DNA of 39,544 bases from positions 1 to 39,544 of the forward strand of contig JAUCBJ010007292.1 of the NCBI GenBank assembly GCA_032718475.1. The letters are read 5' to 3'. Position 1 is the stretch's first letter; each line of letters opens with the position of its first letter. The DNA is from Nemertoderma westbladi. Lineage: Eukaryota > Animalia > Xenacoelomorpha. The notes beneath the pieces were generated by a model. The model searched no databases. It was not told where the DNA came from and was given only the letters and a program-made list of their open reading frames with translations. The translations under genes and the position numbers were made by a program. Below are positions 25,445-37,875 of the stretch, piece after piece.

Positions 25445-26634
25445 TGTACGCGCTTTTGAAGACCTTTAGCAGTTTAACCTGCTAAAATTTATATGTCTTT
25501 TGGTTTATAAATAGACTTTTAGTAAATGACGAGTATTTAATACCAATAAACACAACATTAGCCGAAGCCAGCCTAGTGCGCGTCCATTCACCCGCTGGAT
25601 ATACCCGGGAGACTGGATTCGGAGGGCTTAGATTGTTATTGCAGTGTAAGCTTACTGTATTATTCGATTGATCGTTAATAAATAATTCCTGACTAATATT
25701 ATTCACTTTCGGGAAATATTAACAGTTCCTTTAGGACGTGGCGCTCTATCTAGGTAAACAGAGCTATGACTTATACTAAACACAACGGTAAGTCGGTAAG
25801 GCTTATGATTCACGTATGAGGCGCATTCTTTAGGAAATGCTTAGTTATCAGCCACAATCATGCACACTACCGGTACCACACAATACTGCACAATAATCTG
25901 CCGACCGTCAATGAATTTTATCATATATAAAGAGAACAGCAATTGACTCATGTAGTGTCTATCGAATAGCATTAAACTCACTACAAACCACGATGATATA
26001 AGTCGCAATCGCTATATGTAACCTGTCTCTCTAACCTGTAGTGTATCAAGAAAATTGGGAAATTTGGGTTCTTTATAGATGTTCTCCAAATAATAATATT
26101 CAACCAACTGATACAAATAATAACAGTAAATAGCATTAAGACGGTAGGTTAAGATATGATATGATTGTTTGGTTAGTTGATAATTATGGCGAATTGATAA
26201 CAGTTATACGTTCTATAATCTAAGCCTACTAATGTTTCTTCTAAAGTCTGAAACGAATTGACTCTAGAGCCGGTGTTCTTGGCCTAGATAGAAACAACAC
26301 AACAGTATCAAGAAAAAACAGTAAGACTGAACACTCCTAGCACGATCTGTAGAAAATCTCCACATCGACAGTAAAAATCACCCTGATTGGCTGTTAAGCT
26401 AAACAAAGAACCATGTGTCCAATGGCCGTTTCCATGCCAGCAACCAGCTGTTAGATGTCGTAATCTGAATCATCAAGGCTACGCTGTGCTAGAGTATTTG
26501 ACGCATTGCGGGTTTTATGCCTTACCATGTCCGCCAAAGCACACATATAGAAGAATGACTTTTATGTCCGTTAAAACACCTATAACGGTACTTTGCGGGC
26601 GAGGGGACTGATTATATCCGCAAAAGCTTTTACA
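25445..26634 (-). repeat. 5' LTR of element B (1190 bp, TGTACGCGC...AAAAGCTTTTACA)
   Basis: Homologous end to end with LTR A, with conserved termini and a more diverged U3-side half. Confidence 0.92.
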
Positions 26635-28480
26635 TATAGAGTATTTAACCAGAGCTTTAAGAGTTACAGGTGATCTAATATACATAAAATCGTCAAGTTG
26701 CGCAACACCATAGGCGGACATTGCAGCTCTTAACAAAGTCGATTGATCTAATCTAAGAACACAATCTAGTAGAAAATGCGATTCGGATTCAGGCTCACCA
26801 CATAAACAGGCACAATCATCAATGTCACCATATCTGCTTATCATAAGAGCCAGGTTGCCCTGACCGAGCACCAAACCGAGAATGAAGGATTCACGAGCTC
26901 TACCACAGGCTAGATTTATGGGTGTAAGTGACGGCAGCTGGTTTGTTTTGATCAGAGAATCGTTCAAATTGAGAGACTTTTTCCATACATCCTGTGTATA
27001 CATTTTCATTTGTCCTTGAGTGTAGTGCAATTGCCGTGAGTCTATATTCTCGATTTCAATTAAACGACTAGATCTCTCATTGTTTAACCACGCAATATAG
27101 GTTTTCACATCGTTCAAGTGTGAGGCAAAACTGTTTTTTAAGGACAGTTCGGAAATCGCTTTCAACGACATTGTAATGTCTTCCGATCTCGACAATGATT
27201 TCAACAGATATTTGGTCCTGATTACCTGACAAAATATTTCGGGAGGCGGAATGCCACATATCACTTCTAGTTTATTTCTGTGAGGGTTATATAAAGCACC
27301 AACAGATTGTTTTAGCATTATGCCCCATAGATCATTAAGAATTTTTATGGCTTCCCGATTCATCCATACTGGTGATGCATACAATAGTCTTGGTAGTAGT
27401 ACCGACTGTATTAGCTTTGTTGCTGCTTGTAGGTTTATTCCGCTGGATGGCTTCACAAATTTACTTATGAGATCCCAAATACTCCAGAATTTTTGCAATA
27501 GTGACCTGATATGAAATTCAAAGGACATATTAGAGTCAAAAATGACTCCAAGAATTTTGGTCTCATGAATATAGCTACATACACTATTCCCCATGACTAT
27601 TTTAGGTAAGGCATCATAGTCAATGTGAGGCATGTTTATTATCACAATGTCTGTCTTTTCTCCATTAGTTTTTAGTCGCCATTTTGTACACCATGTACTA
27701 AATTGGCTACAGTCTGTTTGAACTTGACTTAGGCAGACTAACAGGGCCTCCATTGATTGATCACATCCTCTATAATTAGAGCTATCATCTGCGTATTTGT
27801 ATTGTGACAACAACTCTACAATGTAGAAACAGAAAAAGTCCATTGAAAGGACACGTCCTTGAGCTAACCCGATTTCAACATCTAGACAAAACGTTTCTGA
27901 TTTGTAGTCATTAACAACTATTTCTATATTACGGTGTTTTAATATGGTTGTGATGCATTTCAGAATTTTCCCCCTAATACCGGCATTATATAATTTATAG
28001 AGGAGTCCGTTTATCCATATAGAATCAAAAGCCTTCTCTACATCTATAGTAGTTAAAACACCTGATCTACCATTTGATGTATCTTCTTTTATCATACTTG
28101 TTAATTTATATAGGTAGTCTACTGTGCTCGAGTTAGGTTTGCAGAATTGTGATTTGTCGCAGTGTGGTCCAACTAAATCTTGAATTCTATGTTTGATCAA
28201 CCGTTCAAAAAGTTTACCAAAATATGACGATATAGAGATAGGTCGGTATGAACCTGGGAATTTGTAATCTCTTTTACCTGCTTTTTTGATAAACTTATTC
28301 ATATTCAATGGCCATGGCCATATATTACTCTCAAATGTTAGATTAAACAAATGTAAAGTGAGTGACCGCGCCCAAAAGCCCATAGATGTTATAAACTTTG
28401 GATGTATTCCATCACAATCCATTGACTTACCACTACATTTAATTTGTTTTATTTCATTGTGAGGGGTACCATTAATCAAC
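26635..28480 (-). mobile_element. 5'-truncated non-LTR retrotransposon (I/Jockey-group-like) ORF2: RT plus C-terminal CCHC finger, interrupted by LTR B
   Basis: YRPISISSYFGKLFERLI, DVEKAFDSIW, GLAQGRVLS, YADD, KILGVIFDSNMSF, CLCGEPESESHFLLDC. The last 40 or so residues of the tracked 654-aa ORF are read-through into LTR B. Confidence 0.92.
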
Positions 28481-28645
28481 CTGTCGTTCTGTCGTTCTGT
28501 CGCGTTTTTTTTCAGTATTTTATTTTAAACGTTAATAACTCGGCCAATCCTTGATGAAATCTATCCAAACTTGGTACACATGTTGTTTGGCAAAAGTTTG
28601 AAAATTTTCCAAGTAGAATTTGCGTGGGGCCTTCGTGCAGCATCA
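28481..28645 (+). mobile_element. Possible non-autonomous Helentron/DINE-like fragment
   Basis: CTGTCGTT short repeats followed by ATAACTC...TGAAA...AAACTTGGTACACATG, resembling the core of such elements; recognised from memory only. Confidence 0.3.
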
Positions 28646-29341
28646 GTGTAACTGTTATTGCAGTTATAATAAATTTATTTATCCAAATTTAAAATGCGTT
28701 AAATTATTATTACTGTAGGATAAATCAGCTGGGTTTCTGACAAATTTTGCAATACATTGTGGCTGTCTGCATTGTGTACTGTCAGGCTGTACTCAATCCC
28801 TGAATCGAGAATCCTGCAATCAGTCAATACTGCAAATATTGGTCAGCCGGTACCATACACTGCAGACATGCCATATCATGTAATCTAATTAAACATGGCC
28901 ATGGCAACCCTTGCGGTGATTATAGTTTAGGCCTAATAGCCCAGTACCGGCACCGGTAATAATAATATAATAGTTTAGATAGTCACCGCTAATCATTCAG
29001 TCATTGGCACGGTACACCGTATTGCTGTACTGCCGTTGTAGTGCGCACCGTAGGTACCACCCTACTACCGGTACCGGCTGACCGGTGGCAACAAGCACTT
29101 CAGCACACTTGCACAGCACTGCAGCAACAGCACTACCGGCGATACACAGGTTGGAATTTATGTAGAGTTTGCTCAACAGTACAGATATAAAATAGTTATC
29201 TAAATTATATATATTACTATTGACAAGTATTGAAATATATACCGTTATTCGTGTTATCAGTATTTGCAACATCTGACATTGAAGAGGTGAGAGAAGATGA
29301 ATACCGGCACTCAACAAAACCAACGCTTATCACAGGTCGGT

Positions 29342-29625
29342 ATGGTTACCTCGAAACCGGCGCGACTGTCCACTCGAATACAACTTCAAAACACAAACGC
29401 CAACAATAAACTGAAAGCGAATCGAACGTTTTCAGAAGAATCTGTCATTGGGACGAAGAAAAGGAAGCCGAAACCACGGGATGGACCACAGCTAAGATTG
29501 AATGCTCCCATTGTCAGAGTTCCTGGACCGAAATTGAAACACCAATTGCCGATGGGCTTGATCTCTCAAACCAAAACTTTCTCTGCGGGGTTTGCGTGGC
29601 AGTAAAGATTGAAAGTCTGGAAGCT
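29342..29625 (+). pseudogene. Frameshifted fragment with a PHD-like zinc finger, probably a LINE (CR1/L2-type) ORF1 N-terminus
   Basis: An untracked frame reads ...KIECSHCQSSW...NFLCGVCVAVKIESLEA (CxxC...W...FxCxxC then a coiled-coil start). Confidence 0.4.
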
Positions 29626-29979
29626 GGCATCCCTAGGTATTATTATTATAAAGAGCGTCAGCCTGCGTTTAATAAATATATTTTAATACAAAACAGGTCG
29701 AACGCAAAGAGGCTTATAATGAAGACGAGTACTGCATTGATTATATTCCTATAAACCACCTGGCTTTGCATATTGAACGTGCGTTTGGAAATAAGTTCGT
29801 GCTACCCTTCCGTGGGTGGTAGATGTCGCGGTTATGTATTGGTGGGTGGGGGGGGGGGGGGGGGGGTGCAGATTAAAAGGGGTGAACACGTACTGTCCCC
29901 CTTTCTTTGATTAATTGGTGGTGTGGGTTAATCTCTCATAACCTGATTTTGTGATACAGTCGCACAATTTTAATTTGTA

Positions 29980-30945
29980 TCTCATAACTGGGCCTCGTGC
30001 TGCGCGAAGGCCCCACGAACGTGTATCCTATTACGTATCTCAACAAGTTTGTCTACATGTTGTTGCCAACTATTTGCTTCCATTAGTAACCGGTATCCGG
30101 GTGTGTTTGCTTGCCTACATAACTCAAAAACATGTGTAAATGGGAGTTCACTATTCTGACTTTTCAATCATTTTACATATAAATCTTTTCCTAGCACGTG
30201 AAATTAAGTACTTGAGGGGTGGTGCTCCTACTTCTACCAGAGGGGTGGTGCTTCTACTTCTACAAAACAAATATCCGTGGGGGTTTGAGCCCTAACACCA
30301 AGAATACCTTTTTTTCAATTAGACTGGTGTCACTCGTTAATATCTGATCCATATACTAGGCCAGATAATACTGCAGCATCAATTACGCGTTTTTTAATTG
30401 CAAAAGGTAGACTTGTGTTCGTGCTCGTAAAAATGATAAATTTATTGACAGTTTCTTCGCACTTAAGCCGGTGGTGGTAAGTGTACTCTGGACCTTCCCA
30501 TCTGCACAAAAAGGTACTCCCAAATATACATACACAGCACAATAATTTACAACCAAATTATTAATAGTCAGCGGCGCCTCATCACCTAGACTAGGGTTAA
30601 TGACAAAAAATTTCGTTTTTTTTTCGTTAATTTTCATTCCAGATGAATTACAAAATGTAACCAGAGTTTTTAGTTTCAGCAGTGCATTAGTGCGGCAACT
30701 AGAAAAAATCACAGTATCGTCCATCAAAAGTAATAAATGGATTGCCCCCAAGAAACCGTCATCCACAACTTCGGATCATCTTAGCTAATCTATTAATGTA
30801 AATGCAAAAGAGCACCACGCTAGATGGGGCACCTTGCCGGACACCAATAACAGACAAAAACATAGCAGTTTTAAGAATGTGCTTCGTACATTTATAAACA
30901 GCTTGCACCGCTAATAACATTGTTTTTCCGCATCCACGTTTTTGT
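29980..30945 (-). mobile_element. Decayed non-LTR retrotransposon RT fragment with an LMDD catalytic motif
   Basis: Across frameshifts: RGCGKTMLLAVQAVY...GVRQGAPSSVVLFCIYINRL / DDGFLGAIHLLLLMDDTVIF...GMKINEKKTKFFVIN...YVYLGVPF / AAVLSGLVYGS. Confidence 0.88.
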
Positions 30946-30958
30946 ACTTGAGTCTGGC

Positions 30959-31610
30959 GCTACATCGGATGTGCTACATCGGATGCGCTACATCGGATGT
31001 GCTACATCGGATGTGCTACATCGGATGTGCTACATCGGATGTGCTACATCGGATGTGCTACATCGGATGTGCTACATCGGATGTGCTACATCGGATGTGC
31101 TACATACCGGATGTGCTACATCGGATGTGCTACATATCGGATGTGCTACATCGGATGTGCTACATCGGATGTGCTACATCGGATGTGCTACATCGGATGT
31201 GCTACATCGGATGTGCTACATCGGATGTGCTACATATCGGATGTGCTACATCGGATGTGCTACATCGGATGTGCTACATCGGATGTGCTACATCGGATGT
31301 GCTACATCGGATGTGCTACATCGGATGTGCTACATCGGATGTGCTACATATCGGATGTGCTACATCGGATGTGCTACATCGGATGTGCTACATCGGATGT
31401 GCTACATCGGATGTGCTACATCGGATGTGCTACATCGGATGTGCTACATCGGATGTGCTACATCGGATGTGCTACATCGGATGTGCTACATCGGATGTGC
31501 TACATCGGATGTGCTACATATCGGATGTGCTACATATCGGATGTGCTACATCGGATGTGCTACATCGGATGTGCTACATCGGAGGTGCTACATATCGGAT
31601 GTGCTACATA
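30959..31610. repeat. Short satellite array, 14-bp monomer GCTACATCGGATGT with occasional 16-bp units
   Basis: Directly visible; differs from the main monomer by lacking one AT dinucleotide. Confidence 0.98.
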
Positions 31611-33805
31611 AATGCGGCTTTTGGTCTCGAATCAACAGATAAGCTGAATTAACATGTAAATTGTTGAATGTCAAATGAAACTTTTATAAACGAAAGCGAC
31701 GTGATTTAGTAACTGAGGGTAAATCAGATTAATTCAACAACAAGGGGATTAATGCCTGTCTCTTAACCCGAAACATAAGCCAGTCCCTCAAGTAATTCGC
31801 TAAATTGAGATTGTTCGCCCTTGAATTATGATTGCTCGGCCCTCGGAGCTTCAACTAATCTATATTTTCGAGGTCATCCAATTATGCCACAAACCAGTTC
31901 TACTCATATATCTTCTTTATTCGAAATATATATTAATTTTTGTGACATAAATCACAGTTATTAATGAATATGAAAACTTCATTATTTTACAGTCGTATTA
32001 TGTGATGGATGACTAATTTATTGAGAATGTTTCCGTTTTCTTCCAGCTTGGTTTAGCACTCTTATCGCATTTGGTACGGTACTTAAAAAGGCGTGTTTCT
32101 CACTTGGATATTATCAGATTTCACCCACGATATCATAAAAATATTATTTAAAGAATTATTAGACATTAAGAAGCTCAGCTTATCTATTATCTCTATTAGC
32201 CTATTAGCAACAATTATTGTAATACTGTTGATACACCAACAACACTAAACCTCTCCATGAGCCTGTGTGCGTACGTTCTGTCAGAGGAACTAGTTTATCA
32301 CCACTTGCTTTGGTTCCTGTCCCGGAATCTACCACCACGTTCCTCAAAAGACCCCTTGATAAAGCTCTACGAAAAGCATCAACTGACCCTATTGTGGTTC
32401 GAACCCTGTACCTTGGTTTCTTGGCTATTGCCACTATATCCCTACTGGGAGAGATGATGATTTTATTCCTACGTAATGGCCTATCATATTTGGCCTTTTA
32501 TCAATAACTCTTGACTTTGAGTGTTTGGAATAAGGCCGAAATTTGATAGCCCTCTCCATAAATTCTTCATACGACGTGGTTTAGACACACACTCCCGGCT
32601 GTACCGGATTCGATCGCCGATAGTTGTTGATGGTTTTGGTATATTCTATTACATTTACGTATCCAAATAATATAGCAAAGAAAAGGGGATTACATCATAA
32701 TTCATATCCATAAATGTATGTAATACATTAGATCGGAGGTATCACGGTACATTCATATATAAAATCAAATAAACTTATCTTTTTATTTATTTTATTTAAT
32801 TTTTTATAAATTCGAGTGAATGTGGGGGGGGGGGGGATATGACATTAAATTTATGTTGACTTATAAATTACTTACAATTACAAACAACATTGTAGTCTAC
32901 ATTACCAAACAGTACTACTGTTATTGGTCCCGTGGAGTTATTATATTATTTTTCGTTATTTTGTATCTGTATTACAATAATTATTGAACGCTGAGAACGG
33001 CAGTGGAACTAAAGAATCGGTATCATAAATCAGTACCATATGGCTTATAAATCCAACAATGAAGTGATAATCCTGGTTTTTATTATGTTTATTTTGTTTA
33101 TGGTAATGTGGTTTATTTGGTCTGACAGCACACAGAAAATAATTTCATTGAAAAATAAATGCAGTATAATAATGGGTATTCATTTGAAGATGAGTGTGAG
33201 ATGTTTATATTCGATAATTATAGATCCCATACCGAATGATTGACTGATAATATGTGCATAATTACAATATTTAGTATTTTAATATGAAGTTATCAAAATA
33301 GTAAAGGTTTATTCGGCCGTTAGGCCTGAGATTTGGCCTACTAGGCCTACGTACAAATTTTAACGATTAACAGTATTTCCAGTGCGGTCCCTCCAGAACT
33401 TTACTCCCCAGAGGATACTCCAGTACTCATTTAGAGATGCGCGCCCTGGCTCCGTATAAAAGATATCATATGAGGAAAAGTATAATTTATATGGGAAATT
33501 ATCCTTGATTAAGCGGTTGTTTATGATTACAATAGGGCCTACCTACACGTACTTGAGCTACAGTATACTGGGTTCAGGCTATGGATATGCCGCCATAATT
33601 AATAATATTAATTACATTCCACCTATACCACTAGTACAGTAGCCTACATACCCACTTTAAACCTCTTGAAGTGAACGCTCTGCTAAATTAAATCAAAACA
33701 CTTCATAATCAACATTATTTGGAATCGGTAGTTAAATCCCAGCTCAATGTGCTATTCAGTGTAATAATATGAAAATAATTATATTCCATATTTTATTTTT
33801 TTATG

Positions 33806-34014
33806 TTAACATTGTGTATTTATTTAATATTGTATTTGTAACCGAGTAATACATGAAGGTTAACATTGTGTATTTATTTAATATTGTATTTGTAACCGAG
33901 TAATATAAAGTTTAACATTGTGTATTTGTTTAATATTGTATTTGTAACCGAGTACTATAAAGTTTAACATTGTGTATTTGTTTAATATTGTATTTGTAAC
34001 CGAGTAATATAAAG
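33806..34014. repeat. Minisatellite, four copies of about 52 bp
   Basis: TTAACATTGTGTATTTRTTTAATATTGTATTTGTAACCGAGTAATATAAAG starting at 33806, 33860, 33912 and 33964. Confidence 0.95.
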
Positions 34015-34107
34015 GTACCCCTGGAAAATTTTTTAATTTTAATGAATAAGAAAAATTAAGTAAAATAATTATATCAAACTAATTTAATTTATTAAATTTG
34101 ATTTCAG

Positions 34108-34277
34108 GAGCTTGGTGGTATTACACAACAGATTGTAGTTCATCCAAAACGTCGCCTCCTTATTCCAACCTAAACGGAAAGTTTGGAACAGACGGAACTA
34201 TTTACTGGCTGACATGGCTCCCCAACGAACCGCTGCAGTCCACAGAAATTAAAATACGACCGAGAGGACCCCATTAA
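34108..34277 (+). CDS. Terminal coding exon of a fibrinogen-related domain (FReD; ficolin/FREP/angiopoietin-like) protein
   Basis: Acceptor TTTCAG| then (G)AWWYYTTDCSSSKTSPPYSNLNGKFGTDGTIYWLTWLPNEPLQSTEIKIRPRGPH*, matching the fibrinogen-C signature GAWWY..C..SNLNG...IxWxxW...TEMKIRP. Not in the ORF track. Confidence 0.88.
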
Positions 34278-34597
34278 TCTCACAAATCGTCTCTAATCAC
34301 TTCTTATCATTTAAATTACATAATTGTATTAAAATAATATCGTATTATAATAATGAATATATTAATTGTATGTGCTATATGGTAGGCCGACCTCGATAAC
34401 TAATTAGTATTCCTGAATTATTTTGTACAATAGAGAATGTATTATTTGTAAGTTCAGCAATCGCAACCACATATTATCTGGTCATGGAAATGGTTTTTCG
34501 AATTATTACTTAAACTCTATTTGTTAACTTTGTCATAGAAACGGGAGATAAATTAATTGAAATTTTGTGATACTGTATAACTTATTTAAATAATAAA

Positions 34598-35399
34598 ATA
34601 ATGGCCCGTATGCATAAAACACTTACGACACTCGACATGACGAACTACTGTAGTACCCCGTATAATTTAAAACAGGACAAATGAAAACCAGTTACAACTG
34701 GAATTCCGGAATACCTACAGTACCGGTACTTCATAATATTAAAACCACCACCACCACCACCACCTTTACGCTTTATATACTGTACAGAACATTTGTTGCT
34801 ATTGTTGCTTGTGCGAGATAAAACTCTTACTCCGACTCGAGCGCAAGATCTTTCCGAAACCACTGTCATGATCTGCAGCATATGGGGGTCATTGCCTGGT
34901 CAGAGTATGTGCCTGCTAAGACACTTATTTCGGGACATACAGTAGCAGGTAGTGGATTCATCACTAGGAAGGGAATAAATTGAATTGTTAAGATTTAAAT
35001 GTTATTTGCTGGATCCGCCCATACAGTACAAAGTAGCAAACAACCGGAGTGCGAGCTAAGTGCAGACAGAGGATTCATTAAACTGATAGCAAACACGATA
35101 TATAGCTACCGGTACCGGTAACGACACGTCACTGTATAAGCCTGTACCTGAATGCCTAGTATGAATTATGTACAGTAAATAAGATGAATGTTTACTTGTT
35201 GCCTGGCAACATTTACGATGATCGTAACTTATGGATCGTAAATAGAGTTACGATCATCGTATCTGCGATTAATCGTAAGTTACTTTATGCATACCAAAAT
35301 ACGATCGTCGTTCTTACGATCATCGTAACTCAAGTTACGATCGGAAAAAAGAAACGATCATCGTAAAATTACGATCGCTTTATGCATACGGGCCATTAT
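34598..35399. mobile_element. Non-autonomous DNA transposon (PIF/Harbinger-like MITE)
   Basis: 21-bp perfect inverted repeat ATAATGGCCCGTATGCATAAA (34598-34618 / 35379-35399); subterminal TTACGATSATCGTAA-type palindromes at 35210-35376. The 3-bp flanks (TAA/TTA) are not identical. Confidence 0.55.
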
Positions 35400-36583
35400 G
35401 TATGTAAAATGTTAGCTTATGTTTTTTAGGGATTTTTATGGTGTTTATTTTAAGGTAGGCCTAGGCCGTGGTAGGTTGATGTTACATGTTTTCTTTATAA
35501 CAAACCAATGTGCAGTGCAATGTTACCATGAATGGATAAAAATTATCCGCCATTCATGAATCGAATTCATGAATTATTTTTTTCATTATTGTTTAATACA
35601 ATTTTAAAATAATAAGGACAGTTTTTGACAACAATTTATAATTAATGAATTATCATTATTAACGTAACGATATGCAACATTGTAATATAAATTACGTATT
35701 ACACACAGTAATAATAATATGTAATTTTTAACTGCATCTCTAAATTATAAACTATTAACGCGATCTAATATAATAATTTATAGCGTATAATAGATGGAAA
35801 TAGTTATTACTGTTTTATAATTTATTCAACATTGTGTTTTTGTTATAGACTGATACAATTTATAATTAAAGAATAAATTCTATGGATGTTGCAATATGTC
35901 AATTATTTATCAAAGTTCACTAGTAAAGCGAATGTACAGTAACTAAATATAATATAAATGTAACTAAATTATAACAATATACTTAAAGTTTCCATCCAAT
36001 GTCTACATAATAGAAGGTTGTTAATTACAAACTCATTGAACTTGAAGTTTAACTTATGAAAACGCTTCAATTCCGAAAGCGTCCGTGATAAAATAATGAG
36101 GCGTATTTTTTACTTTGACGGAAAATGTCAAGGAATTCCTTCTACAGTAACAACTGGAGTTCCATTAACTAACTCTGCGTTCAACCGAGCGACGTTAAGT
36201 GTGTGCCACACTTCCTTGCAATTCAACTATTTTTTCAGTATATTCGAATTCGCTAATGTCAGATTAACTTTCTACTAAGGTCATGTATTAAATCGTTGTA
36301 TTGATTCGAATTTCAGTCAAATACACGCATTTAACGCGTTAAATTATTATTATTAAACATTTTTTTTTTATTGATGAATTAGATAAATAATTGAAGCTAC
36401 AGTACTACCAATAATTAGAACAGAAAATACTAGTTTCAAATTTACGCCTTTCAGATGTTTTGCATCAAAATCGCATATCTCACAAAACTGGCATACACTA
36501 TCACTGCGTAGGGCCTACCTTTTTCATTGTTTGTTGATAAATATGACAATAAAATTTATTCTCAGAAGAATATCTCCAAAATA

Positions 36584-37709
36584 GATGTGTAGTACAATTC
36601 GGTCCCGGACAATTCCGGACAATTCGGTCCCAAAACACTAAATAAATGGGACCGAATTGTCCGGGACCGAATGGTTCGTTGTTCGGGACCGCATTGTCCT
36701 AGGACCGCATTGTCCTAGGACCGCATTGTCCTAGGACCTCATTGTCCTAGGACCGCATTGTCCTAGGACCTCATTGTCCTAGGACCGAATTGTCCGGTAA
36801 TTGATTAGTGTTTTTTTTACTAGCTAGAATATCTTTAAACTTTCTAATTACTGTATTTTTTTTTATTTTTGTTAATAGTAAGTGTTCGATTCGAGAACAT
36901 TATTAAATATTATTTATTAAGGTGTAGCTAGTGTCTTTTTTACTAGCTAGCGTTTTCTTGAAATTATTATAAAAGAATTTGTAAAATCATTGATATTTCA
37001 GAATTAGGCCTAATTAGCTAAACTGTTGCTGATTATATTAAATACCAACAATATTGATGATATTATAACAGTCCCTGAATGAGATCCAGCTATTATCTAG
37101 GATAATAATTTAGGCTTCTTAACCAACCAACAACACATACAGTATACTTACGCAATATATAAAAAAAATCAGTTTTAAACATTTTAAATAGATACAACTA
37201 GCTAGTAAATAATTCACAAGCTCCATAAAAACACCATAGGTACCATAACTAATGTTAACAAAAAAAAGTAAATTTTTTTATTTTCAATAAAATACTAGCT
37301 AGGAAAAAAACACTAGCTACCATATAATTATATATATTAAGGTTCTAGAACATTCACCATTATATAGTACCAATTAAATTTGGTCCCGGGCAATTCGGTC
37401 CCGGACAAATCGGTCCCGGCCAATTCGGTCCCGGACAAGTCGGTCCCGGACAATTCGGTCCCATTAATATGCATGTTTTGGGACCGAATTGACCTAGTCA
37501 GTATCCAGACAATTCGGCCCCGGACAATTCGGTCCCAGACAATTCGGTCCCATTAATATGCATGTTTTGGGACCGAATTGACCTAGTCAGTATCCAGACA
37601 ATTCGGCCCCGGACAATTCGGTCCCAGACAATTCGGTCCCAAAACACAAAATAAATGGGATTGAATTGTTCGGGACCAAATTTTCCGGGACCGAATTGTC
37701 CTGCTTCCC
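36584..37709. mobile_element. Non-autonomous Mutator-like/foldback element with repeat-rich long inverted termini
   Basis: Arrays of ACAATTCGGTCCC/GGACCGAATTGTCC at both ends; termini GATGTGTAGTACAATTC and (reverse complement) GGGAAGCAGGACAATTC align; near-identical 9-bp flanks TCCAAAATA / TTCAAAATA. Confidence 0.75.
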
Positions 37710-37875
37710 TTCAAAATATTGATAAAAGTATTGTTCAACACAATTTGCAACAATTATTTTAGAAATTGGGATTGAAAGAGAACAACGATTTACCAGTTTA
37801 AAATTAAATTGTTGTCGTTATTTCTAACACCGATAGTAGTAGAGTCTTGGGCGGCTCGGTGACAGTTGGACAGTC

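Larger units (their letters stand above)
24992..26634 (-). mobile_element. Truncated relative of element A (element B): about 450 bp of 5' leader plus 5' LTR
   Basis: 24992-25200 aligns with 20711-20925 (GGCCTACAA, CTTACACGCCTTC, CCTACCGGTATA, ATCAAAATCGAATAATACT); the LTR shares blocks such as CCATTCACCCGCTGGA and AATATTAACAGTTCCTTTAGGACGTGGCGCT. Confidence 0.93.

Noticed and set aside
32204-32507. Overlapping short ORFs in a GC-richer patch (similar patch at 38290-38500)
   Set aside because: No recognisable motif or convincing splice structure.
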